A stretch of DNA of 64,000 nt, from positions 17,463 through 81,462 of the forward strand of contig CACNSY010000001.1 in NCBI GenBank assembly GCA_902623255.1. The letters run 5' to 3'. The position numbers and the translations under genes were made by a program. This DNA is from an uncultured Alphaproteobacteria bacterium (GTDB lineage: Bacteria > Pseudomonadota > Alphaproteobacteria > HIMB59 > GCA-002718135). This document shows positions 27,405 through 37,870 of the stretch, in pieces; the first letter of the stretch is position 1; each line of letters begins with the position of its first letter. A model generated the notes under the pieces. That model was not told where the DNA came from, made no database searches, and worked only from the letters and a program-made list of their open reading frames with translations.

Positions 27405-28703
27405 TTAATTATCATGAATAGCAAGAACAGTAATTTTTTCTTTTACAAATTCTAAACCTTCAATTTTATTAATTACATTACTTAATTTTTCTTTCTGAAT
27501 ATTATGAGTAGTTATTATAATAGGTATAGGTTTGTCTGCTTCAAAACTCTCGGGAAGTTGAAGTATTTTTTTAACAGATATATCAAAATCACTAAAATAA
27601 TTAGTAATTGATGAGAGAACGCCAGGTTTGTCTTCTGTCATTATTCTTAGGTAATAGCTATTAATTATATTTTCTGCTGAATATTTTTCAAAGTTTTTTA
27701 ACTTATCAATTTTAAAACCTAAATTATCAAATTTTTCATTCTGAGATATATCATATAAATCAGACAAGACAGAGCTAGCGGTTGGCTTCCCCCCTGCGCC
27801 TTCACCCTCTAAAAATAAATTTTCTAAATGTATAGTTTCAATATTAATCGCATTAAGAGCATTATCAACACTTGCTAAAGGATTATTCATTGAAACTAAT
27901 TTTGGTGAAGTAAAATTTGAAATCTTTCCTTCAATTATGCAAGCTTCAGATATTAATTTTATCTTATACCCTAATTTTTCAGCAAAATTAATATCTTCAA
28001 TTTTAATATTAGAGATTCCTTCAATATAATTATTTTTAAAGTTTAAATTTGATTTAAAACATAGAGTTGATAATATTGTTAACTTGTGCGCAGCATCATA
28101 TCCGCCAATATCTAATTTTGATTCCTGATCAGAAGTAAATCCTTTATCTTTAGCAATTTTAAGAACTGCATCAAAGGACAAATTATCTTGTTGCATTTTT
28201 GTTAAAATGTAATTTGTAGTTCCATTTAAAATCCCAGAAATTTTATTAATTCTATCTAAACTAATAGAATTTTTTATTGTTTTTATTACTGGTATACCAC
28301 CTGCAACAGCAGCTTCATATGATAAAGCTAGTGAATGTGTGTTAGCTAATTTAAATAATTCTTTTCCATGATTAGCTATTAATGCTTTATTTCCTGTTAC
28401 AACATGTTTTTTATTTTTTAATGCTGTTTCTATAATTTCATAGCTAATTCCTTTTTCTTCACCAATTAATTCAACAATTACGTTACAATTATCATCTTTA
28501 GACATTTCTCTTGGGTCATCATACCAAGTATAATTTGATATATTAAAATTTCTTTTTGTATTTTTTGTTCTTGCAGATATTCCAACTATGTTCATTTCTA
28601 CATCTGTTTTATCAAAGAAATAATTTTTATTTTCTTCAATTGTTTCAACTAGTGCTGATCCAACATTTCCTAATCCCGCTATACCAATATTGAGTTTACA
28701 CAT
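27405..28703 (-). CDS. hom: homoserine dehydrogenase
   Basis: 432 aa. NAD-binding N-terminus (IGIAGLGNVGS), catalytic domain, C-terminal ACT domain. Confidence 0.92.
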   Translation of the reverse strand: MCKLNIGIAGLGNVGSALVETIEENKNYFFDKTDVEMNIVGISARTKNTKRNFNISNYTWYDDPREMSKDDNCNVIVELIGEEKGISYEIIETALKNKKHVVTGNKALIANHGKELFKLANTHSLALSYEAAVAGGIPVIKTIKNSISLDRINKISGILNGTTNYILTKMQQDNLSFDAVLKIAKDKGFTSDQESKLDIGGYDAAHKLTILSTLCFKSNLNFKNNYIEGISNIKIEDINFAEKLGYKIKLISEACIIEGKISNFTSPKLVSMNNPLASVDNALNAINIETIHLENLFLEGEGAGGKPTASSVLSDLYDISQNEKFDNLGFKIDKLKNFEKYSAENIINSYYLRIMTEDKPGVLSSITNYFSDFDISVKKILQLPESFEADKPIPIIITTHNIQKEKLSNVINKIEGLEFVKEKITVLAIHDN

Positions 28704-28711
28704 AACTAAAT

Positions 28712-28897
28712 TTAACTTTTATAATCATTAATACATTTATCTATATCTTTTTTATGAGTATTAGAAATACTACAATAATCTAATAATTCTTCTTCAGTTA
28801 ATTTGGCGTCTTTAAAATCAGGAACATTATCAATATCAGGATATCCGCATGAAACAATAAAAAGAAATAGAAGGAAAACTGCAAAAAATTTAATCAT
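28712..28897 (-). CDS. small putative lipoprotein, cysteine-containing
   Basis: 61 aa with a signal peptide and lipobox-like FIVSC. ATGA overlap with the argC stop suggests translational coupling. Confidence 0.5.
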   Translation of the reverse strand: MIKFFAVFLLFLFIVSCGYPDIDNVPDFKDAKLTEEELLDYCSISNTHKKDIDKCINDYKS

Positions 28898-29922
28898 ACT
28901 AAAGATACTGTTTCTTCAATATTTTCTGCTATATTAAAGCATTGTACTGCTTGACCTGCAGCACCTTTGATAAGGTTATCTATTGCGCTAACAATGATGA
29001 TTTTATCCTCACTATGATGATTAAAAATTTTAATTTTACAATAATTAGAATTTTGAACAGAAAAAAAATCAAGGGTTTCATCATTATCGATATATTTTAT
29101 AAAAGGATTTATTTTTTGTAAGTCTTTGAAGAGATTTATGACATCAGTTTTTTTTATACTATTATTGAGATTGCAATAAATTGTAGAAATCATACCTCTA
29201 AAATTAGGAAGAATGTGAGGATTAAATGAAAACTTTACTTCATTTTCTGAACTATGTTTATTAAGTTCTTGTTTAATTTCTGCAATATGTCTATGATTAT
29301 TTGTATTATAATTGTAAAAATTATAATCATTTTTTGATTTCATTTTATTGAAATCAAATTTCTTTCCTGCTCCACTGTAACCTGATTTAGAGTCAATAAT
29401 TATATTCTTGATATCAATTAATTTATTTTTTATTAAAGGTATTAATGGTAATAAAATAGAAGTTGGATAACATCCAGGTACCGCTATATTTTTAGAATTT
29501 TTTATTTTATCTCTATTTATTTCAGCGAGACCGTAGATAAAATTGTTTAAATGCTCTTTGCACTTATGTTCATTGCCATAATTTTCTTTATATATATCAA
29601 AATTATCTAATCTAAAGTCAGCTGATAAATCTATAATATTAATTTTATTAAAATATTTTTTTACATATTTATTAGATACTGCATGTGGTAAAGCTAAAAA
29701 TACATAACCACAATCTTTAGCATCGAAACTATCATTTGGTTTTAAAAGAGGAAGTTGATTATATTCTTTTGTATTATCAATATTATTTAGATAACTACCA
29801 TGAATAGTTTCTGATCCTAAAAAATTTATATCTACATAAGAATGATTTGATAAAATTTTAACTAATTCCATTCCGACATAGCCAGTTGAGCCTAAAACGG
29901 CTACTTTAATTTTATTTTTCAT
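28894..29922 (-). CDS. argC: N-acetyl-gamma-glutamyl-phosphate reductase
   Basis: 342 aa. Start VAVLGSTGYVGMEL and the active-site block IAVPGCYPTS. Confidence 0.92.
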   Translation of the reverse strand: MKNKIKVAVLGSTGYVGMELVKILSNHSYVDINFLGSETIHGSYLNNIDNTKEYNQLPLLKPNDSFDAKDCGYVFLALPHAVSNKYVKKYFNKINIIDLSADFRLDNFDIYKENYGNEHKCKEHLNNFIYGLAEINRDKIKNSKNIAVPGCYPTSILLPLIPLIKNKLIDIKNIIIDSKSGYSGAGKKFDFNKMKSKNDYNFYNYNTNNHRHIAEIKQELNKHSSENEVKFSFNPHILPNFRGMISTIYCNLNNSIKKTDVINLFKDLQKINPFIKYIDNDETLDFFSVQNSNYCKIKIFNHHSEDKIIIVSAIDNLIKGAAGQAVQCFNIAENIEETVSLV

Positions 29923-29928
29923 GAAAAT

Positions 29929-30357
29929 TTATCTTTTGGAGAATTGATAACTTCTTCTAGCTTTTGCTAAACCAGCTTTCTTTCTTTCAACAACTCTAGA
30001 GTCCCTAGTAAGAAAACCAACTTTTTTTAGAGGTGGTCTATTTGCTTGATCGTATAAACTTAAGGCCTTGCTAATACCATGTCTTATAGCACCTGCTTGG
30101 CCTGATAGGCCGCCACCTTTTACAGAAGCCATAATTTCATAGGAATTATCAGCTTTTACAACTTCTAGTGGTTGATTAACTATCATTTGAAGCACTGGTC
30201 TTGCAAAATATTTATCTAACGGTTTTCCATTAATTTTTATTTCACCGTTACCTCTTTTTAACCATACTCTGGCAATAGAGTTTTTTCTTTTTCCAGTAGC
30301 GTATGCTCTGTCTTTGTTATCTAAAATATTTTCAGTTTGATTTTCTTGATTTTCCAT
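29929..30357 (-). CDS. rpsI: 30S ribosomal protein S9
   Basis: 142 aa. [19 protein letters not shown] and the C-terminal ...[11 protein letters not shown]. Confidence 0.96.
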   Translation of the reverse strand: MENQENQTENILDNKDRAYATGKRKNSIARVWLKRGNGEIKINGKPLDKYFARPVLQMIVNQPLEVVKADNSYEIMASVKGGGLSGQAGAIRHGISKALSLYDQANRPPLKKVGFLTRDSRVVERKKAGLAKARRSYQFSKR

Positions 30358-30359
30358 TT

Positions 30360-30818
30360 TTAAATTTTATTTTTTTTATTCATTGATGCTAAATCTACAA
30401 CTATAGGGTTTTGAGCTTCATGTTTATGATTTTCATCCCTATATATCTTGCAGTTAGATAATTGTTGTCTTCCTAAAGGACCTCTAGGAATCATTCTTTT
30501 AATTGCAAGTTTAATAATTTCATCTGATTTATTTTTTTCTTTCATTTTGTTTGGAGTTGTTTCTTTTATTCCTCCAGGATAACCAGTATGTCTGTAATAA
30601 ATCTTATCTTTTTCTTTTTTCCCTTTAAGATGAATTTTGTCGGAGTTAATTATTATTAGGTTATCTCCACAGTCTTGGTTAGGTGTATATTCAGGTTTAT
30701 TTTTACCTCTTAGGATGTTTGCAGAAATAACAGCAAGTCTTCCTAAAACTGCATCTTTAGCATCAATTAAGACCCACTTTTTATTAATGTCATTTTTTTT
30801 TAAAGTGAATGTTTTCAT
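30360..30818 (-). CDS. rplM: 50S ribosomal protein L13
   Basis: 152 aa. [26 protein letters not shown]. Standard rplM-rpsI pair. Confidence 0.96.
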   Translation of the reverse strand: MKTFTLKKNDINKKWVLIDAKDAVLGRLAVISANILRGKNKPEYTPNQDCGDNLIIINSDKIHLKGKKEKDKIYYRHTGYPGGIKETTPNKMKEKNKSDEIIKLAIKRMIPRGPLGRQQLSNCKIYRDENHKHEAQNPIVVDLASMNKKNKI

Positions 30819-30861
30819 CGCGTGCCAAATACATATATTGAAAAATTAAGTCAATGTTTTA

Positions 30862-30894
30862 ATAAAAAAAACCCTCTAAAAAGAGGGTTTTTCA
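30862..30894 (-). terminator. bidirectional-looking rho-independent terminator downstream of proteorhodopsin
   Basis: Stem CCCTCT (30872-77) / AGAGGG (30882-87) with an AAAA loop, extendable by A:T pairs. An A-run lies on one side and a T-run on the other. It sits 20-50 nt past the PR stop and before the rplM promoter region. Confidence 0.75.
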
Positions 30895-30912
30895 TAATAT
30901 TTATAAGTAAAA

Positions 30913-31677
30913 TTATGCAGTTGCTGAGTCTTTAGCAGCAGCGTTCCAGATAATTAAACCAAATAAGATTTTGTTAATAAAATCAGCAAGGTTATAGATC
31001 CAGTTTAGAGTATCAGCATCAACTGAACCCATCATTAAACCAAATACATATCCAAGAGGGTAAATTGCCCATCCAACTAATACAATTAATCTCATTGCAT
31101 TAAATGCTGAAGTTACTGACTCTTTAGTTGTAGCAGCTTGACTTGCTTCACCTCGGAAAATTTCCCAAATGATTACAGCCCAACCGATCATACCAATGAT
31201 GAAGCCAAGTAATACCGAAATATGACCTGCTTCTCCAAGATATCCACCAACAATCATAACAAGTGTACCAATGAGCAATCTGTAGAAAGCACCACTAGAT
31301 ACAGCTGCGCCGGCAGCAACTAGAATTAAAAAGAATTCAACCATTTGAAGTGGTACAGTTAGTATCCAGTCAATATATCTATATACTGTTGGTGACTCAC
31401 CTGTAGCAACCCAAAAGTCTCTCATATACATGTAATGTACAGCGGCTATAAAAGTAATTAACCCTGCAACAACCATTGAAGTTCTCCATTTAGAAGAAAC
31501 TCTCATACCTTCATAGAAAAAGAAGATTGTAGATGCCCACATTCCGATTGAAACAATCCAGAAAGTAATACCTACGAAATCACCTTCACCTAAGAAAGTA
31601 TCGGCAGCAAATGCTGGAACAGCTATAAATGCTATTGTTGCAGCAATGATACCTATTAGACTAGTCTTATTTAACAT
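30913..31677 (-). CDS. proteorhodopsin (light-driven proton pump), blue-tuned variant
   Basis: 254 aa with 7 TM segments. RYIDWILTVPLQMVEF supplies the D97/T101/E108 equivalents and Gln at the position-105 tuning site (codon 31347-31345 = CAA). The retinal lysine lies in NLADFINKILFGL, and His75 in VHYMYMR. Confidence 0.95.
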   Translation of the reverse strand: MLNKTSLIGIIAATIAFIAVPAFAADTFLGEGDFVGITFWIVSIGMWASTIFFFYEGMRVSSKWRTSMVVAGLITFIAAVHYMYMRDFWVATGESPTVYRYIDWILTVPLQMVEFFLILVAAGAAVSSGAFYRLLIGTLVMIVGGYLGEAGHISVLLGFIIGMIGWAVIIWEIFRGEASQAATTKESVTSAFNAMRLIVLVGWAIYPLGYVFGLMMGSVDADTLNWIYNLADFINKILFGLIIWNAAAKDSATA

Positions 31678-31835
31678 AAAAACTCCTTATAGTTTGTTTC
31701 CTTACTAATAAGATGAGGTTCATATATTTTAATTGACGGACAAATAAAACATTAAAAATAACTTTTTTTTTCTTATTTTTTGTATAAATTTATGTTTTAA
31801 ATTACTGAAATATATATATTTTTTTTTTATAAATA

Positions 31836-32216
31836 TTATCTGTTATTATTTTTCAACAATAATCTCATTTTATTAAGAATCTGTTCAATTTTTTTATGGT
31901 TATCTGAAACTCCTAAATAAGAAATATTTTGGTCATTTTTTTTAGAATACCTAAGATTTGAAGATATTATTTTGTCTGCCAGTTTAATTGAGTAATTGCG
32001 ATTTTTGCCATCATGTAAAATACTTTTAAGTTTTTCTAATTTCTTTATATTTTCTTTATTAAAATATCTTGTACCACCCTTACTTTTTGTTGAAATACCC
32101 TCAATCCTATATTTGTTTGTTTTAGGATCAATTGAATCCCAGTATCTAATTTTATGCTCTTCAATTTGAAGTATTTTAGAAACCTGAGATATATTTAAGT
32201 ATTTTTTTTTAATCAT
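31836..32216 (-). CDS. MerR family transcriptional regulator
   Basis: 126 aa. N-terminal HTH (LNISQVSKILQIEEHKIRYWD) in the conserved position after ihfA. Confidence 0.8.
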   Translation of the reverse strand: MIKKKYLNISQVSKILQIEEHKIRYWDSIDPKTNKYRIEGISTKSKGGTRYFNKENIKKLEKLKSILHDGKNRNYSIKLADKIISSNLRYSKKNDQNISYLGVSDNHKKIEQILNKMRLLLKNNNR

Positions 32217-32519
32217 TTAGTTATTAATTTTACCATTAATATATTTTAATAATATTTTACTAGCTTTAAAAGTTATGACATTTCTACTAGATATATTAAA
32301 TTCTTCTTTAGTTTTTGGATTTCTACCGATTCTACTTTTCTTGGCATTCATTTTAAAGGTGCCAAAGTTATGAATTTTTACTTTTTTATCTGATTGTAAA
32401 CCTTCAATTATTATATCAACTATGTCATTAACAATGTCCAAACATAACTTTCTATTAAATCCAAATTCAGATTTAATTGCATCAGCAATTTCATCTCGGG
32501 ATATATTTTGTTTTTCCAT
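32217..32519 (-). CDS. ihfA: integration host factor subunit alpha
   Basis: 100 aa with the HU/IHF fold (…FGTFKMNAKKSRIGRNPKTKEEFNISSRNVITFKAS…). Confidence 0.9.
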   Translation of the reverse strand: MEKQNISRDEIADAIKSEFGFNRKLCLDIVNDIVDIIIEGLQSDKKVKIHNFGTFKMNAKKSRIGRNPKTKEEFNISSRNVITFKASKILLKYINGKINN

Positions 32520-33532
32520 TAAATATTTTTTATAGAATTAATAATTTGTTTGTTAAGATTATTAGTAATAAAATTATGACATTGTTTCAATGCATAACTA
32601 AAAGCAATCGGATTTGCGCTTCCATGACTTTTTACAGAAATACCATTTAAGCCAATTAATGTAGCTCCATTATAAATATCTGGATTAACTTGATCTTTTA
32701 AAATTTTTAAGTCTTTTTCTATAAGTTTATATGCAACTTTGTTTATTAATGATTTATTAAAAATATCTCTTAAATTAGATGTTATAAAGTTTGAAATACC
32801 CTCTGCAGATTTAAGCATAATATTACCTGTATAACCATCAGATATAATAATATCACAATCACCAGCAGTTATTTTGTTAGGTTCTATAAATCCTATAAAG
32901 TATTTTTTTAAAAAACTTGTAAGAATTAAATCTGCTCCTTCTTGAAGAAATTCTAAACCTTTATTGTTTTCCGTACCAATATTTAAAATTCCTATTTTTG
33001 GTTCTTTATTTTTATTTATTATTGAATAATAGCAAAAACCCATCAAAGCAAATTGAAACAGATTTGATCCACTTACTGTAACATTTGCCCCTAAATCTAA
33101 CATGAGTGAATAATTTTTTTTATTTGGAACTAAAGAACAAATAGCAGGTCTATCAATACCCTCAATCATTCCCATATGAAGCCTGGAAAGAACCATAATA
33201 GCTGCTGTACTCCCAGCAGAGACAAAACCTGAATATTCATTATTTTTTGCAAACTCTAAACCTTTAAAAATACTACTATTTTTTTTTGACCTTAAAATAG
33301 TATTGACACTATCTTCATCAGATATAATATCTTGAGTATTCACAACCTCAAAGTTAAAAATTTTTAAATTATTTTTTTTGATATTCTTATAAATAGATTT
33401 TTCATCTCCAAAGAATATTATTTTAGTATTTTTTTCTTTTTTAAGAAAAATTTCTACACCTTTTAAGACTTTGTAAGGGCTATTTTCCCCACCCATTGCA
33501 TCGATGGCAATTAATACTTGCCGTTCAGACAT
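32519..33532 (-). CDS. plsX: phosphate acyltransferase PlsX
   Basis: 337 aa. IAIDAMGGENSP and GYTGNIMLKSAEG motifs. Follows rpmF as usual. Confidence 0.93.
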   Translation of the reverse strand: MSERQVLIAIDAMGGENSPYKVLKGVEIFLKKEKNTKIIFFGDEKSIYKNIKKNNLKIFNFEVVNTQDIISDEDSVNTILRSKKNSSIFKGLEFAKNNEYSGFVSAGSTAAIMVLSRLHMGMIEGIDRPAICSLVPNKKNYSLMLDLGANVTVSGSNLFQFALMGFCYYSIINKNKEPKIGILNIGTENNKGLEFLQEGADLILTSFLKKYFIGFIEPNKITAGDCDIIISDGYTGNIMLKSAEGISNFITSNLRDIFNKSLINKVAYKLIEKDLKILKDQVNPDIYNGATLIGLNGISVKSHGSANPIAFSYALKQCHNFITNNLNKQIINSIKNI

Positions 33533-33536
33533 TATT

Positions 33537-33728
33537 TTAGTTATTTTCTTTTGTGTTCTTTTTTAGAATTTCCCGACCCTTGTACATACCTGTAGATAGA
33601 TCTATCCTATGAGATAGTCTTGGCTCACCTGAGTCTTTATCCAAAATTACGTTTATTTTTTTCAAAGAATCATGAGATCTTCTCATATTTCTTTTTGAAA
33701 CACTTGTTTTTCTTTTTGGAACTGCCAT
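33537..33728 (-). CDS. rpmF: 50S ribosomal protein L32
   Basis: Track ORF 33537..33776 trimmed to the internal ATG at 33728, which gives the canonical [19 protein letters not shown] start. Confidence 0.92.
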   Translation of the reverse strand: MAVPKRKTSVSKRNMRRSHDSLKKINVILDKDSGEPRLSHRIDLSTGMYKGREILKKNTKENN

Positions 33729-33798
33729 TTTTTCCCAATTATTTGTTTTTAAAATTAATTCAAGATAAATCTGCATTAATTTCGATAATAAATAAATA

Positions 33799-34290
33799 TT
33801 AATTTGAAGAATTCAAAAAATCATCAAATTTATCATTAAATTTTCTTGAAACATTAATATAATCACTACTTTCAATAATATTTGTAATTTTAAGATATTC
33901 TATAAAAGTTTCATTTTTATAAAGATTATTATCATCTGGAAATTTACTTATTCTAAAATAAAATTTTTTAACATATGATTTTACATACTTACCAATAGAC
34001 ATATCTCCTATACCCTTTTCTCTTAAAGATTCATCAAGATCAGATATAAATAATGATACTAATTCATCATTAACTTTTATGTATTTATTTCTATTATCTT
34101 CTAATAAATTTTTACGAATAAACATAATCAAAAAAATACAAATAATTTCAAATGATGTATTATAATTTTTTACTTTAAAAAAATTGCTGTTACTAAGAAA
34201 CAAGTTACTTTCATATAAAATTTTTTTATATTGCTTAGAAGCAATTATTTGCTCTTTATTTTCTTTTTTTTTAAAGTATTGTAAAATCAT
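33799..34290 (-). CDS. ubiquinol-cytochrome c chaperone (CBP3-like) domain protein
   Basis: 163 aa. The block [21 protein letters not shown] is typical of the Ubiq_cyt_C_chap family, and the gene has its usual alphaproteobacterial neighbour bamE. Confidence 0.7.
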   Translation of the reverse strand: MILQYFKKKENKEQIIASKQYKKILYESNLFLSNSNFFKVKNYNTSFEIICIFLIMFIRKNLLEDNRNKYIKVNDELVSLFISDLDESLREKGIGDMSIGKYVKSYVKKFYFRISKFPDDNNLYKNETFIEYLKITNIIESSDYINVSRKFNDKFDDFLNSSN

Positions 34291-34293
34291 TTA

Positions 34294-34722
34294 ATGATTA
34301 AAATATTAACTTATATATTTGCTCTTCTAATTTTGGCAAATTGTTCTAATAACACTACATATTCTGGAAAATTATTAAATCAAGATGAATTAGATGATTT
34401 AAATTTTAAAGACAAAAAAAAATTAATTCAAAAACTAGGTTCTCCTAGTTTTGTTGATCCAATTGAAAATAAATTTTTTTATTTTGCTCAAAAAAGTAAA
34501 AAAAAATCAATATTTAAAAGTAAAATAGAATACAGTTATGTTTTTGTCTTTAAATTCAACGAAGAAGAAATAATTATTTCAAGTAAGGTATATGATACAA
34601 AAAATTTAGAAAATATAAAATTTTCAAGTGATAAGACAACTAACGAAATAGTTAAAAGAGGCTTATTAGAAAAAATATTTGGAGGAGTCGGAACTCAACA
34701 AGAATTACCGACTACCCCCTAA
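34294..34722 (+). CDS. bamE: outer membrane protein assembly factor BamE (SmpA/OmlA lipoprotein)
   Basis: 142 aa. Lipobox LLILANC and the SmpA/OmlA-like block (KLIQKLGSPSFVDPIENKFFYF). Confidence 0.8.
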   Translation: MIKILTYIFALLILANCSNNTTYSGKLLNQDELDDLNFKDKKKLIQKLGSPSFVDPIENKFFYFAQKSKKKSIFKSKIEYSYVFVFKFNEEEIIISSKVYDTKNLENIKFSSDKTTNEIVKRGLLEKIFGGVGTQQELPTTP

Positions 34723-34729
34723 ATTTTTA

Positions 34730-36835
34730 TTATAAGGAAATTGCAGCTAAAAGTAACAAAGCTACAATATTAGTAATTTTAATCATTGGATTAACTGCTG
34801 GGCCTGCAGTATCTTTATAGGGATCACCTACAGTATCTCCTGTTACAGCTGCTTTATGTGCTTCACTACCCTTACCACCATGATTACCATCTTCAATAAA
34901 TTTTTTTGCATTATCCCAAGCGCCGCCTCCTGCTGTCATACTTATTGCAACGAACAACCCAGTGATTATAACACCTAATAATAAAGCTCCTAAACATGAA
35001 AGTGCAGCCGATTGGCCAGCAATAAATAAAATAACAAAATAAACTACTATTGGCGATAATACAGGTAACATCGAAGGTATAATCATTTCCTTAATTGCAG
35101 ATTTAGTAAGGATATCAACACAAGTTCCGTATTCAGGTTTTCCTTTACCTTCCATAATTCCAGGAATTTCTTTAAACTGTCTTCTTACCTCTAAAACTAC
35201 AGAACCAGCCGCTCTTCCAACTGCAGTCATACTTAAAGCTCCAAATAGGAAGGGTAATAAGCCTCCAAGCAATAAACCAACGACAACATAAGGATTGGAT
35301 AAATCAAAAGAAACCTCTATTCCATATAAAGGGCTACTTGGATCTTTAGCAAAATGATCAAGATCTTCTGTGTAAGCTGCAAACAACACTAATGCTCCTA
35401 ATCCTGCCGAGCCTATGGCATATCCTTTTGTGACAGCTTTAGTTGTATTACCTACTGCATCAAGCGCATCAGTTGTCTTTCTAACATTATCATCTAAATT
35501 CGACATTTCTGCTATACCACCAGCATTATCTGTCACAGGTCCGTAAGCGTCTAATGCAACTACCATTCCAGCCAAAGCTAACATAGTTGTTACAGCAATC
35601 GCTATGCCAAATAATCCAGCTAGTGAATATGTAGAAATAATTCCAGCGACAATAATTAAGGCAGGAAGGGCTGTAGCCTCTAAGCTGATTGCAAGTCCTT
35701 GTATTACGTTTGTTCCATGACCTGTAGTTGATGATTGAGCAATACTTTGAACAGGTCTGTAATTTGTACCTGTGTAATACTCAGTTACCCAAATAATTAA
35801 ACCTGTAATAATTAATCCCAACAAACCACAAATAAAAAGTGACATTCCAGTGAATTGAGTAGATGTTCCTTCAACGACCAAAACACTATTTAAACCTACT
35901 ATATAATCAGTAACGAAGTATAATAATAAAGCAGATAAGATAGCTGATACTGCAAATCCTCTATAAAGTGCTGCCATAATATTATTATTTTTACCAAGTC
36001 TTACAAAATAAGTTCCAATTATACTCGTTAACGCACAAACTCCTGCAATAGCTAAAGGAAATATCATCATTGTATAAGAATTTTCTATAAAAAATATGGA
36101 GGCCAAAACCATTGTTGCTACAACTGTAACAACATAAGTTTCAAAAAGATCTGCTGCCATACCAGCACAATCACCAACATTGTCTCCAACATTATCTGCG
36201 ATTACAGCTGGATTTCGAGGATCGTCTTCTGGAATACCGGCTTCTACTTTTCCCACTAAATCTGCTCCAACATCAGCACCCTTGGTAAAAATACCTCCAC
36301 CTAGTCTTGCAAAAATTGAAATTAATGATGCTCCAAATCCAAGCGATACTAAGGGAGCAACAATCTCTCTTCCCGGAAATGAACCAGAGTTGTGCAAAAC
36401 AAAATAAAAAATTGCAATAGAAAGAAGTGCAAATCCTGCAACTAGCATTCCAGTTACAGCACCTGCTTTAAATGATACTGATAAACCTTCAGCTAAGCTA
36501 TTACTTGCAGCATGCGTTGTACGAACATTAGATCTAACCGATATATTCATTCCAACATAACCTGCAGCTCCAGAAAAAAATGCTCCAATTAAAAAGCCAA
36601 TTCCGGATGCCAAATCAAAAACTATCCAAATAAGGGCAAAAATGACAACCCCTACAATTGCTATTGTCATGTACTGTCTGTTTAAATAAGCTCTAGCACC
36701 TTCTTGAATTGCGCCAGCAATTTCTTGCATTTTATCATTTCCAGAACCAAGTGATAAAATTTGTCTAGATGTTACTAGACCATATAGTACGGCTGCTAGA
36801 CCGCATAAAACAATTAATACCTGCAGTGTTGTCAT
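34730..36835 (-). CDS. hppA: membrane-bound proton-translocating pyrophosphatase (K+-independent type)
   Basis: 701 aa. [55 protein letters not shown] (Lys at the A/K determinant). Confidence 0.95.
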   Translation of the reverse strand: MTTLQVLIVLCGLAAVLYGLVTSRQILSLGSGNDKMQEIAGAIQEGARAYLNRQYMTIAIVGVVIFALIWIVFDLASGIGFLIGAFFSGAAGYVGMNISVRSNVRTTHAASNSLAEGLSVSFKAGAVTGMLVAGFALLSIAIFYFVLHNSGSFPGREIVAPLVSLGFGASLISIFARLGGGIFTKGADVGADLVGKVEAGIPEDDPRNPAVIADNVGDNVGDCAGMAADLFETYVVTVVATMVLASIFFIENSYTMMIFPLAIAGVCALTSIIGTYFVRLGKNNNIMAALYRGFAVSAILSALLLYFVTDYIVGLNSVLVVEGTSTQFTGMSLFICGLLGLIITGLIIWVTEYYTGTNYRPVQSIAQSSTTGHGTNVIQGLAISLEATALPALIIVAGIISTYSLAGLFGIAIAVTTMLALAGMVVALDAYGPVTDNAGGIAEMSNLDDNVRKTTDALDAVGNTTKAVTKGYAIGSAGLGALVLFAAYTEDLDHFAKDPSSPLYGIEVSFDLSNPYVVVGLLLGGLLPFLFGALSMTAVGRAAGSVVLEVRRQFKEIPGIMEGKGKPEYGTCVDILTKSAIKEMIIPSMLPVLSPIVVYFVILFIAGQSAALSCLGALLLGVIITGLFVAISMTAGGGAWDNAKKFIEDGNHGGKGSEAHKAAVTGDTVGDPYKDTAGPAVNPMIKITNIVALLLLAAISL

Positions 36836-36892
36836 TGAAAACTCCTTAAAATTTTGGCTGATATGTCAGAAACTATTGAAAAAATCAAGTTT

Positions 36893-37870
36893 TTAGAAGA
36901 AATGATCAAATTTCTTGATATTCTTAATATCTAAATGTGAATCGAAATGAATTCCTTTTTTATTTATTATTTTCCCTATTAAAGTAACATTAATATTATT
37001 TTTATTAGCAATATTGAAAATTTTATTTCTATTTTTTTGACTGGATATGATTATCAGTCCGTAATCATCACCAGCATTTAAAAGGTCTTCTAATCTAAAA
37101 TTATTTTTGTTGAGAATTTTTTTTGTTTTAACACTTAATGGAATTTTATTTACATTAATTAACGCACCGTATTTATCATTTAACATATCAGCTAAATCTC
37201 CAATCAGACCATCAGAAATATCTTTCATTGAATTAACATGATTTGCAATTAATGGTCCAAGTTTACAAGGTGTGGGATATAAATATTTTTTAATAAAATA
37301 TTGGTTTAAATTTATATTTGATGAAATTTGTTTTTTTAAAATTTCCAAACCAATCTTTGACTCACCAATATTACCTGTTATTAAAATATCATCGTATAAA
37401 TCAAATTTATTTTGAAATATTTCTAATTTCTTTTTTATAGACCCAAAAAAAGTTGAAGAAACAATAAGTTTATTTGATTTTGATAAATCACCTCCCAAAA
37501 GATAAAATCCATATTTATTTTGTATTTTCTTTAATTGATTTGCAAATAAATTTAACCAATTTTCATTAATATAATTTGGTAAATATAAATTCAAAAGATA
37601 AGAATGAGGTAAAGCTCCCATAGCAAAAATGTCAGATAAATTTACTGTTGTAATTTTTTGGGCTATTGATTTAGGGTCATCATTAGAGAAAAAATCTATA
37701 TCTTCAGAAATATTATCAGTCGTTACAGTTAGTTTATAATTTTTTTTGTTAAAATCTAAATATGCTCCATCATTTTCAAAATCAAATGTTCCCTTATTTT
37801 TAAAATTTAATTTTTTTAAATATTTATTAATTATTAATTTTTCAGATAAATTATGTTTTAATAATTTCAT
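36893..37870 (-). CDS. thiL: thiamine-monophosphate kinase
   Basis: 325 aa with AIR-synthase-like fold motifs (DGAYL...TTD, NLSDIFAMGA, DISDGL). Canonical position after nusB. Confidence 0.85.
   Translation of the reverse strand: MKLLKHNLSEKLIINKYLKKLNFKNKGTFDFENDGAYLDFNKKNYKLTVTTDNISEDIDFFSNDDPKSIAQKITTVNLSDIFAMGALPHSYLLNLYLPNYINENWLNLFANQLKKIQNKYGFYLLGGDLSKSNKLIVSSTFFGSIKKKLEIFQNKFDLYDDILITGNIGESKIGLEILKKQISSNINLNQYFIKKYLYPTPCKLGPLIANHVNSMKDISDGLIGDLADMLNDKYGALINVNKIPLSVKTKKILNKNNFRLEDLLNAGDDYGLIIISSQKNRNKIFNIANKNNINVTLIGKIINKKGIHFDSHLDIKNIKKFDHFF

Noticed and set aside
33729-33776. 16-codon N-terminal extension of rpmF.
   Set aside because: L32 proteins start MAVPKRK. The internal ATG at 33728 gives exactly that and has a purine-rich stretch upstream.
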